Positions 17,268 through 25,265 of a stretch of 32,000 nt of DNA are shown piece after piece. Source of the DNA: Nitrosospira multiformis ATCC 25196 (GTDB taxonomy: Bacteria; Pseudomonadota; Gammaproteobacteria; Burkholderiales; Nitrosomonadaceae); assembly GCF_000196355.1 (NCBI RefSeq), contig NC_007614.1, positions 300,001 through 332,000 on the forward strand, read 5' to 3'. The position numbers and the translations under genes are program-made. The notes under the pieces are model-generated. The model was not told where the DNA came from. It saw only the letters and a list, made by a program, of their open reading frames with translations, and did not search any database. How positions within the stretch are numbered: position 1 is the first letter of the stretch; every line of letters starts with the position of its first letter.

Positions 17268-18161
17268 TCAGCTAACCCGCATGGTCAGCGAGCGCGCAAG
17301 GGTCTCATAAGTGGGGGTATGCCCCGAAGCGTAGCCGGATAAATAATACCGTGCAGGTTCAAAGTGGTTTTCGGCTGTGAAAGGTTCCAGAAACTTATTG
17401 GTAACCAGTTCTCTCCTGATAAAAAAAGCGTTTGCTCCGGTCAAGTTGCAACCTACAAGGCAATATCCCATTTTATTCAGATTTGTTTCGAGAAATTTCA
17501 AGGAGGCGCCGAAACAGTCGTCCCCCGTCCACATATGGGTTTCGGTGTAATCCATGCAAAACAGGACGGGCGGCGCGAACTTGGCGTTATATTCAATCAC
17601 GATCACCCGTGGGGTGATACAGGAGATGGCCTGAAGAACATGATAATCATTCCCATCGATGTCCACCGATAGCAGATCAATTTCGCGGTGTTTTACGTTC
17701 GTTGCAATGAGGTTATCAATATTTGCTTTCGTGATAAAAGACTCGACGACAGCCAATTTGCCGCTTCCTATGATTTCTGAAAAATGATTGCGTATGCTGG
17801 TTATCGAATCGGACGAGGCATCGATCCACAAACCTTGCCAGTCTTCAAAAAGGAGGGCAAGCGTATTGTTTTCAAGGCCATTTCCGATCCCGAATTCCAC
17901 AAAAACCTTATTGGTTGTACCAATTCTGTTGAATATTTCCCGAATGATGCCGTCTTCATCATTTTGCGAATATATTTTCCCCCCGAAAGGAATCAGGCTT
18001 TTTGGCTCCTTGTAACGCTCATTGCTTCGCAGACGATCGATCTCGGTGCGAATGGAAAGCTGACGGGCGCGGCTTGTTTCGACGCTGATGTCATCCAGGG
18101 AGAGAGTGAAGTGATGCATCAGTTTTTTCAGTTTCTCCAGCATTGTTTTTTTCTCTGTCAT
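17268..18161 (-). CDS. FkbM-like class I methyltransferase with N-terminal helical extension
   Basis: YSQNDEDGIIREIF, FVEFGIGNGLENNT, WQGLWIDAS and IDLLSVDIDGNDYHVL resemble the FkbM/Methyltransf_21 pattern. The first ~45 aa are charged and helical (EKLKKLMHHF...RLRSNERYKE). Confidence 0.55.
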   Translation of the reverse strand: MTEKKTMLEKLKKLMHHFTLSLDDISVETSRARQLSIRTEIDRLRSNERYKEPKSLIPFGGKIYSQNDEDGIIREIFNRIGTTNKVFVEFGIGNGLENNTLALLFEDWQGLWIDASSDSITSIRNHFSEIIGSGKLAVVESFITKANIDNLIATNVKHREIDLLSVDIDGNDYHVLQAISCITPRVIVIEYNAKFAPPVLFCMDYTETHMWTGDDCFGASLKFLETNLNKMGYCLVGCNLTGANAFFIRRELVTNKFLEPFTAENHFEPARYYLSGYASGHTPTYETLARSLTMRVS

Positions 18162-18200
18162 AAGAAATCGTGGTGAGAGGCAAGGGCCCCTCTCAGACCG

Positions 18201-19094
18201 CTAAAAGGGACGGCATTGCAGGTTCTGGTGTAATCCAAATTCTTTCGGGCTTGTGACCGGCACGGTTTCTCCTGTCAGGAGAATGATGGAAACCTCATAG
18301 TTCAAGGACTTCCAGTACTGGAGAACCTCTTCAGGAGAGCGTTCCGCACGCTCCAGATTGTCCAGGTCAAGCTCCATGAAAACGAGGGGACGAAAGCGTG
18401 CTATCGTTTCCCTGGCACCCTCCAGAGCCTTCAGTTCCGCTCCCTCGATGTCGATCTTGATGATATCGACGCGCCCTATGCTTTTCTCCCGTACATAGTC
18501 ATCCAGGCGGATTAAAGAAACTGCCTCGGAAACCTGTCTCGTCTCCTCAAGCGCGGATGTATAAAGGCTGGCTGCCCCGCTGTTATTCATTTCTCCCGTC
18601 TGCGAAGGCAGAAAAAGGACGGCTTCGCCAGGCTGGTCATAAAGCCCTTTCCGGTTGAGCGCTACGTTTTTGAAATCGTTTAACTCAACATTATGTGCCA
18701 GCCGGGCGAAATGATGCGCGCTTGGTTCGAAAGCGTGCACTTGCCCTCTAACAGCGCGATGAGCTGCCACAAGCGTAAAGGTACCTATATTTGCTCCCAC
18801 ATCTATGAAGCTGCCATCAGAGGGCAAAAAGCGTTTAAGAAGCAGGATTACTCCCTCATCGGCTTCTTGAAAGCCTTGCCAGAATACCTGGGACTCGATG
18901 TGGTCGGAAAGGGAGGTGAGGATCCGGATATTCTCGTCGAAAGTCGTTTCCAGTTCCACGGGGGGAACTGCGTGAGCAAATTCATTTCGAAGCTTCAGTA
19001 CCACCCGCCATGCGGCATGCTTTAAAAGATTCGTCTTCAAGGCAGGGCGCACGATAGCCTGCAACAAGCGGGCTTGAATTCTCGACATTCTCAA
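18201..19094 (-). CDS. FkbM-family methyltransferase
   Basis: FIDVGANIGTFTLVAA, VHAFEPSAHHF and IDIIKIDIEGAELKALEGA are classic FkbM-family motifs. Confidence 0.8.
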   Translation of the reverse strand: MRMSRIQARLLQAIVRPALKTNLLKHAAWRVVLKLRNEFAHAVPPVELETTFDENIRILTSLSDHIESQVFWQGFQEADEGVILLLKRFLPSDGSFIDVGANIGTFTLVAAHRAVRGQVHAFEPSAHHFARLAHNVELNDFKNVALNRKGLYDQPGEAVLFLPSQTGEMNNSGAASLYTSALEETRQVSEAVSLIRLDDYVREKSIGRVDIIKIDIEGAELKALEGARETIARFRPLVFMELDLDNLERAERSPEEVLQYWKSLNYEVSIILLTGETVPVTSPKEFGLHQNLQCRPF

Positions 19095-19144
19095 TCTTTA
19101 GACCTCATCATCGATAAACCAGGTACTGGTTCGTTCATTGCAAT

Positions 19145-20185
19145 TCAATCAGGCGATGCTACTGGCGCATTCCTGTCTGCCGTCATATACAGAACCCGGG
19201 CATGACATTTTGCACTTTCTTCCCATGAGAAACCGAGCGCCCTGCGAAGACCCATTGCGGTGCGCGCTCGCCTTTCTTCCGGGTTTCGGTAAAGAATCTC
19301 CATTGCCTCCAACAACTCGCTTTCGTTGCGTGGATTGATGGTGCGAGCTGCTTCTCCGGCTATTTCGCGACAAGCGGAAACATTGGAGGTGATGACCGGA
19401 CAACCGCAGGCCATGGCCTCGAGAATGGGGAGGCCGAAACCTTCGTAGAGGGACGGAAAAATGAAAGCGAGAGCGTGACGGTAAAGGTGAACCAGTTCCT
19501 CGGTTGTAAGAAAGCCACTCAGTACCCGGATGCCCTCGATTTTTTCATAATTTCGCGCGCTTTCTTCCGGAAGCTTGAGTACAAGCTGAACGCGGCAATG
19601 GCGGCGGAGCTGTCGAAACGCCCGTACAATCGCACCTACGTTTTTGCGCGGCTCGTCGTTGGAAACATGGAAGAAGTAGGGTTCCGATTCTGTATCGGGG
19701 CCAGGTGTAAAGGCGTTGCCATCGACCCCGTGATGGCATACATGGATTCTGTCAGCAGGAACGCCGGTAAAGCGAATCGCCTCATCTTTCACAAATGCGG
19801 AAACAGCGATGATACTCCCCACTGCGGTCCGGACTTCCCGCCATCGCTCGCGCTTGTGTTTGGCATACTGTCCCGACATGATCAGACCTTTCAGAGTCCG
19901 AAAATACTCCCATCCGTTAAGTGAAAGGGGAGCAAAACCATGCACCGTCACCACCAGGGGGGGGAGAGGATGTTCCAGGAGAAAATCAGGGGGGGGATTG
20001 CCTCCCCCGGAACGGATATCCCACAGCACGTCCGCCGATTTCGGCAGATCTTTCCTGTCCTTGAAAGGAATGGTGGCTATATCTTGCTTCGGCAAATGTC
20101 TCCATACGTTCTCCGCATAAACCTTGAAGCTTTGGGGAATCTCCGGACCCTGATAGATGCCGACCCGGAGTGCGCTATCTTTCAT
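19145..20185 (-). CDS. GT4 glycosyltransferase (contains two C8 tracts)
   Basis: C-terminal FIFPSLYEGFGLPILEAMACGCPVITSNVSACREIAGEAA (E-x7-E). N-terminal domain carries the PPP and PLPPL segments encoded by homopolymers. Confidence 0.8.
   Translation of the reverse strand: MKDSALRVGIYQGPEIPQSFKVYAENVWRHLPKQDIATIPFKDRKDLPKSADVLWDIRSGGGNPPPDFLLEHPLPPLVVTVHGFAPLSLNGWEYFRTLKGLIMSGQYAKHKRERWREVRTAVGSIIAVSAFVKDEAIRFTGVPADRIHVCHHGVDGNAFTPGPDTESEPYFFHVSNDEPRKNVGAIVRAFRQLRRHCRVQLVLKLPEESARNYEKIEGIRVLSGFLTTEELVHLYRHALAFIFPSLYEGFGLPILEAMACGCPVITSNVSACREIAGEAARTINPRNESELLEAMEILYRNPEERRARTAMGLRRALGFSWEESAKCHARVLYMTADRNAPVASPD
19957..19964 (-). repeat. C8 homopolymer in GT4 coding strand (G8 on + strand)
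   Basis: Read directly: + strand cca-GGGGGGGG-agagga. Coding strand is ctC CCC CCC Ctg, encoding L-P-P-L. Confidence 0.9.
19989..19996 (-). repeat. C8 homopolymer in GT4 coding strand (G8 on + strand)
   Basis: Read directly: + strand atca-GGGGGGGG-attg. Coding strand is aat CCC CCC CCt, encoding N-P-P-P (residues 63-66). Confidence 0.9.
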
Positions 20186-20635
20186 AAACTTTGCCAGGAT
20201 ATTTCATCGTTAAGTGGACGTGACCAACTCCTGCCACGAATGGCAACTGCTTCACAAGCATATATGCAAGCCTCCATTGCCTTCCGCAGAAATGACACAG
20301 GTAGCCTCAGATATTATCTCATCGGCAGAAACGGCAAATCCATTTTTGCCGGAGGGCCTGAGCATCCATTGCTGGAAAATCGATATATTCGTCCCGCTCA
20401 TTTCCAGATCAGTCAGAGGAGTTCCGTGCAATAGTCAATACCGCAGCCAGTCCTCGTTCCCGTAATTTTCCTGATACTGGATATACGATATACAAGAAGG
20501 AAGGAGGGCTCCCCGGACATCTAATAATTTATAATGATTATTGCGTCTGAGTTGACTGCCAAGATCCGATTTTAGCGTTTAAAGAGCGGTATCGAGGTTA
20601 AATCTCCCGGATATACTATTTTTAAAATCTTCCCC

Positions 20636-21577
20636 ATGGCAGCCTCCAAGCCAACTGTTTCCATCATTATTCCGACCTATAATTGCGAAGCTTATATCGC
20701 GGAAACCCTTGACAGCGTTCTCAGCCAGACATTCACGGATCTGGAATTAATTGTGGTTGACGATGGTTCCACTGATCGTACACGGGAAATCGTCACTTCA
20801 TATGGGACTCCTGTCCGGCTCCTATCGCAGTCCAATTCCGGAGTATGCGCAGCTCGCAACTACGGAATCCGGGAGGCGGCGGGAAGCTATGTCTGCCTCA
20901 TGGATCATGATGACTACTGGTTTCCCGAGAAGCTGGCGTTACAGCTGGAGCAGATGTTTTCGCATCCGGAGGTAGGTCTCGTCTACAGTACGTTTGTCTG
21001 GTGGCATCCCGATGGAGAGGGTGTGTTTCCCAAGCCGGAGAGCTTCAATATAGAAAAAATGCCGGGGGGGATAGACGAGGAATTTTCGGGATGGATATAT
21101 CATCTGCTTCTGCTCGATTGCTGGATTTTGACCAGCGCTGCATTGATACGCGCGGAGGTATTCGATAAATGCGGCGCTTACGATGAGTCTCTTCCCTATA
21201 GCGAAGACTGGGACCTCTGGCTGCGCATTTCCCGGGAATATCCGGTTATCAAGCTGAATAAAGGCCTTACACTATATCGCCAGCATCCTAAGCAAGGAAA
21301 TCGCCTCACCAGAGAGATCGACTATCGGACCGTGCTGCTGCGAGATGCCGCTGAGAAATGGGGGTTATGCAGCCGCGATGGTCGATGCATTTCTAGACAG
21401 CAGTTCATGCAAAACATCGCCCGCTACCAGATGGAATTTGGACTGAAACATCTTGCATCCAACAACTTGAAGCCCGCCATGCACGCCTTATGGAAGGCTT
21501 GGCTGAGCCATCCCGCCAATCTCAAAACCCTTGCCTATGTCCCTGCCGGCCTCCTCGGATGGCGGCCGAAGTGGTGA
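20636..21577 (+). CDS. GT2 glycosyltransferase
   Basis: VSIIIPTYNCEAYIAETLDSVLSQTF, LIVVDDGSTDRT, LMDHDD (DxD) and SEDWDLWLR are classic GT-A family 2 motifs. Confidence 0.85.
   Translation: MAASKPTVSIIIPTYNCEAYIAETLDSVLSQTFTDLELIVVDDGSTDRTREIVTSYGTPVRLLSQSNSGVCAARNYGIREAAGSYVCLMDHDDYWFPEKLALQLEQMFSHPEVGLVYSTFVWWHPDGEGVFPKPESFNIEKMPGGIDEEFSGWIYHLLLLDCWILTSAALIRAEVFDKCGAYDESLPYSEDWDLWLRISREYPVIKLNKGLTLYRQHPKQGNRLTREIDYRTVLLRDAAEKWGLCSRDGRCISRQQFMQNIARYQMEFGLKHLASNNLKPAMHALWKAWLSHPANLKTLAYVPAGLLGWRPKW
21064..21070 (+). repeat. G7 homopolymer inside GT2 CDS
   Basis: Read directly: atg ccG GGG GGG ata (M-P-G-G-I). Confidence 0.9.
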
Positions 21578-21580
21578 GGG

Positions 21581-22600
21581 TCAGTACTTGCGTAATATTT
21601 TTTCGATCAACCAGAAAGGTCTGGCCAGCAACCAGCTCAATGATCGGTAAATCCGGAAAAATTTGATCCGATAGTCGGCATGCTCCTGGTTGAGGTAACG
21701 GATCTGCTCAATCAGCTCCGGATTCCATTTTTTCTGGTAGGAGGCGAAATCCGCGGCGACGCTGTCAATCCGCTCATCCAGATTCCCGTTATGAGAGCCA
21801 CCGCTTTCAGCAGCTTTTTCACTGAGGGCGCTGTACAGTTCATGAGCCATCCCTTCAAGTCCCTGGTATCGTGTTGCTCCGGCATCCGTTTTATCGGCTT
21901 TATGATGACGGAGATCAGGAGAAACAAACCTTCCGATTTTCTCGTTTGCCTGGTTGACGGAAACAGGGAAGACAATACCGGTTTCCCGTTCTATTGTTTG
22001 CAGTACCCTGACCGGATCAGTCACCACCTGATCGAAGTCGATGAAAATGCGGGATTGTCCTCTTGAATGGGATTCAGCGGATAACGTATGATTCAGCCAC
22101 AAGACCAAGGCCTTTTCCCGTGAAAACCGGTCGCGTTTTTGCAAGGAGGCGATTACTTCGAAAGGGTTCCGGTTCATGGAAATAAAAACAGGCCTGATCC
22201 CGCGCGCCTTAAATATGGGCATCCACAGGGGCAGCAATCGGCACATTCGCGGATCCTTCAACGCCCAGACAGGGGCTTCCGAAAAATCACGCTTCACAAG
22301 GCTTTGAAGGCGGGCCACATACGGCTGAACCGCCTCGTCTTCCCACCACTTGTCCTTCAGAGGCAACAAGTCATCCCATTGCGAACGCAGGTGCAGAAGC
22401 AGTTCGTCATGCGTGTCGACGATATCCTCGTGCTCCCAGAAGCCTTTTTCGTTTACGCCTTTTTGAGGGGCGTATAGGCTGCGCCCCATCCTGACCCCGA
22501 CCTGACCCAGGAGTCCCGTTAACAATGATGTGCCGCTACGGTGCATTCCCAGGATGATCAATGCAGTATTATCTTTCACTCGATCTCCCCTTGTTTTCAT
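21581..22600 (-). CDS. Sulfotransferase-family protein (PAPS-dependent)
   Basis: N-terminal IILGMHRSGTSLL resembles the 5'-phosphosulfate-binding P-loop. LKDPRMCRLLPLW and the NRNPFEVIAS region are typical of bacterial sulfotransferase domains. ATG at 22600 (AGGAA upstream) preferred over the TTG at 22672. Confidence 0.7.
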   Translation of the reverse strand: MKTRGDRVKDNTALIILGMHRSGTSLLTGLLGQVGVRMGRSLYAPQKGVNEKGFWEHEDIVDTHDELLLHLRSQWDDLLPLKDKWWEDEAVQPYVARLQSLVKRDFSEAPVWALKDPRMCRLLPLWMPIFKARGIRPVFISMNRNPFEVIASLQKRDRFSREKALVLWLNHTLSAESHSRGQSRIFIDFDQVVTDPVRVLQTIERETGIVFPVSVNQANEKIGRFVSPDLRHHKADKTDAGATRYQGLEGMAHELYSALSEKAAESGGSHNGNLDERIDSVAADFASYQKKWNPELIEQIRYLNQEHADYRIKFFRIYRSLSWLLARPFWLIEKILRKY

Positions 22601-23092
22601 CGCTGTTCCTGTGAGGGTCCGGATATATTTGCGGCATGAAACGTTCGTTATCGAAACTATTTGAAACAGCAAACCCTTGCCTGATGAACGACCAATGAAC
22701 GTTAAACCTGGATTTTATGGGATTCCATGCCATGTTGTCGTTCTTCTTCGAAAGGTGGCCAGGACAAGGAAACGGGCAGGTAATGAAAGGGTTGAAAGCA
22801 ACCGATAATTCGAAGTTGTAGACCTAACGGCTTGCTGCCATAATTACTTGAACACACTCGTGTCCGCTTCATTTTTTTGCCGTTCTGTCGTAATCAGTTC
22901 AGAATGCGACCGAATACTCCAAAGACCTCATCAACAAAGGTTTCCTCTTATCCTGGATCTTGACAAACTGATCAGTGGGAAGTTACCGATTACGCTCTGC
23001 TCTTCTGTATCTTGTACTTCGGTCCAGATATAAATCCGGATGGCTGTCGATATAATTCGGTTTATCCAAAAATCGGAATCTGAGATCGGAAC

Positions 23093-23770
23093 ATGAATAC
23101 CAATACTGTATGGCACAACGCCACCATTACTCGGGCGCACCGGGAGAGGTTGAACGTGCACCGATCAGCGGTCCTTTGGTTTACAGGGCTTTCCGGTTCC
23201 GGCAAATCGACGTTGGCTCATGCGGTGGAGGAAAAGCTTTACCAGCTGGGCTGCCGCACGTTCGTACTTGACGGGGATAATGTGCGCCAGGGCTTATGCT
23301 CCGATCTGGGGTTTTCGGTGGAAGACCGTTCCGAGAATATTCGCCGCATAAGCGAGGCAGCGAGGCTTCTGGTCGAGTCGGGCGTGATTGCCATGACAGC
23401 TTTTATTTCACCTTTTCGGGCTGATCGGCAAAAGGCGCGCAGTATTTTTCCTCACGGGGATTTCATCGAGATTTTTTGCGAGGCCAGTCTCGCAGTATGC
23501 GAGCAGCGCGATGTGAAGGGACTTTATAAACGGGCTCGGACGGGTGAGGTCAAGGAATTCACCGGGATATCGTCGCCCTACGAGGCGCCTGCCACTCCCG
23601 AGCTGATCGTGCGGACAGGCGAGCTGGAGCTGGAGGATTGTGTTGCACAGGTAATCGAATTCATGGAGCGGCGGGACATTTTCAAGAGAAAGCCTCAGTT
23701 GCGAGGAAGCGCCAGTCATCATAATGCGAAGGACCTTTCCCATTTGTCCATCGATGTTGTCAAGGAATGA
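23093..23770 (+). CDS. cysC: Adenylyl-sulfate (APS) kinase
   Basis: [16 protein letters not shown] (Walker A), [48 protein letters not shown] and [11 protein letters not shown] are near-canonical CysC motifs. Confidence 0.9.
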   Translation: MNTNTVWHNATITRAHRERLNVHRSAVLWFTGLSGSGKSTLAHAVEEKLYQLGCRTFVLDGDNVRQGLCSDLGFSVEDRSENIRRISEAARLLVESGVIAMTAFISPFRADRQKARSIFPHGDFIEIFCEASLAVCEQRDVKGLYKRARTGEVKEFTGISSPYEAPATPELIVRTGELELEDCVAQVIEFMERRDIFKRKPQLRGSASHHNAKDLSHLSIDVVKE

Positions 23771-23863
23771 CAATCGCCCTGGATAAAGCGGTCGCCGCAC
23801 TGCGGATAAAGGGTTTTTTCGTGCCTTTATGACAAAACAAAATTCAGAGGATGCGGTAAGAAC

Positions 23864-25204
23864 ATGAGGGATATCCTTGTTACCCTGATCGTCTTCGGAT
23901 GGCTGCCCTTCGTCTTTAAAAAGCCGTACATGGGGGCGTTGATGTGGGTGTGGATAAGCGTCATGAATCCGCATACCCAGGGATGGGGATTCGCCACCAC
24001 ATTTCCCTTTGCCGCGATTATTGCCGGAGTCACGATAACCAGCCTCTTGATTACCAAAGAACCAAAGAATCTCCCTCTAACCCCGGTTACCTGGACTTTC
24101 ATAATCTTCGTGCTCTGGATGAATCTGAGCACCGTATTTGCCATTTATCCCGACGAAACGTACATCCAGTGGAACAAGGTCATGAAGATCATGCTGATGA
24201 GTTTTGTGGTCATCATGCTGATCAGGACACAAAAGCAGATTCAACTCCTCATCTGGACAATAGTTATCTCGCTGGGATATTACGGCATCAAAGGGGGCGT
24301 TTTTACGCTGCTCGGAGGAGGTGTTGATCTCGTCATGGGACCCGAGAGCACCTTCATCGAGGGAAATAATGAGATCGCCCTGGCGCTCATCATGACCATT
24401 CCTCTCATGCATTATGTGCAGATGATTTCCCGGAAAACCTGGGTGAAGCATGCCATGACGGCGGCCATGCTGCTATCTGCCTTTGCCGCGCTGGGTTCTT
24501 ATTCACGGGGCGCTCTGCTGGCCATTGCGGCAATGGGAGGATTTCTCTGGCTCAAAAGTCAACATAAGGGCCGCATCGCTCTACTGGTTATTCTCGCCAT
24601 TCTCCCGGCGATTGCGTATATGCCGGAGCAGTGGATGCAAAGAATGGACAGCATCAATACTTATGAAGAGGACGCGTCGGTTCAGGGCCGTTTCAATGCC
24701 TGGTGGATGGCCTACAATCTGGCCAAGGACCGGCCGCTCACCGGGGGTGGTTTCGACATTATAAGTCCTGAGCTGTTTTTCGCTTACGCACCCAATCCCG
24801 AGGATATACATGCTGCCCACAGCATTTATTTTCAGGCGCTCGGTGAGCACGGTTTCGTGGGGCTGGGGCTTTACTTGCTGCTCGGGTGGCTCACCTGGCG
24901 AACCGGGTCATGGATCATACGCAACACCAGTAAGCTCGACGAGTACAGGTGGGCTTTCAATCTGGCGACGATGATTCAGGTATCGTTCATCGGTTTTGCT
25001 ACGGGAGGTGCTTTCCTTAGTCTTCTTTATTTTGACGTTCCCTACTATCTCATGGGGGCAATGGTTGCAACGCGTGTCTTGGTGGAAAAAGAACTCAAGC
25101 AAAAAACCATGTCGGCAATCGCTGCAAAAACCTCCGGTTCTTCGCGCCAGCTTGGACAGTTGAGTCCATCACAGTCGCAGCCGATAGCCGGGGATTCAAG
25201 CTAG
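23864..25204 (+). CDS. O-antigen ligase/Wzy_C-domain membrane protein (resembles exosortase-A-associated putative O-glycosylation ligase)
   Basis: 446 aa with about 10-12 hydrophobic segments. GSYSRGALLA and HAAHSIYFQALGEHGFVGL resemble the Wzy_C/O-antigen ligase loop. The N-terminus MRDILVTLIVFGWLPFVFKKPYMGALMWVWISVMNPH matches my recollection of the exosortase-locus subfamily. Confidence 0.7.
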   Translation: MRDILVTLIVFGWLPFVFKKPYMGALMWVWISVMNPHTQGWGFATTFPFAAIIAGVTITSLLITKEPKNLPLTPVTWTFIIFVLWMNLSTVFAIYPDETYIQWNKVMKIMLMSFVVIMLIRTQKQIQLLIWTIVISLGYYGIKGGVFTLLGGGVDLVMGPESTFIEGNNEIALALIMTIPLMHYVQMISRKTWVKHAMTAAMLLSAFAALGSYSRGALLAIAAMGGFLWLKSQHKGRIALLVILAILPAIAYMPEQWMQRMDSINTYEEDASVQGRFNAWWMAYNLAKDRPLTGGGFDIISPELFFAYAPNPEDIHAAHSIYFQALGEHGFVGLGLYLLLGWLTWRTGSWIIRNTSKLDEYRWAFNLATMIQVSFIGFATGGAFLSLLYFDVPYYLMGAMVATRVLVEKELKQKTMSAIAAKTSGSSRQLGQLSPSQSQPIAGDSS

Positions 25205-25265
25205 GATATAGGGGTCGAAGAGTTCATTGCCTTGTTTGCTTGCTGCTCGTGTCCGCTTTTCTTCC

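Noticed and set aside
19940-20465. ORFs 19940-20434 (+, 164 aa) and 20214-20465 (+, 83 aa), plus a ~50-58 codon - strand frame around 20250-20425, in or near the divergent intergenic region
   Set aside because: The first mostly overlaps the GT4 gene in antisense. The others have no SD or recognisable motif, and their sequence (for example LEMSGTNISIFQQWMLRPSGKNGF...) matched nothing I know. They could be a gene remnant, but I cannot support that.
23806-23830. Hairpin ATAAAGG-N11-CCTTTAT after cysC, considered as an intrinsic terminator
   Set aside because: The stem is AT-rich, the T-run lies in the loop rather than after the stem, and the next gene starts 34 nt later on the same strand.
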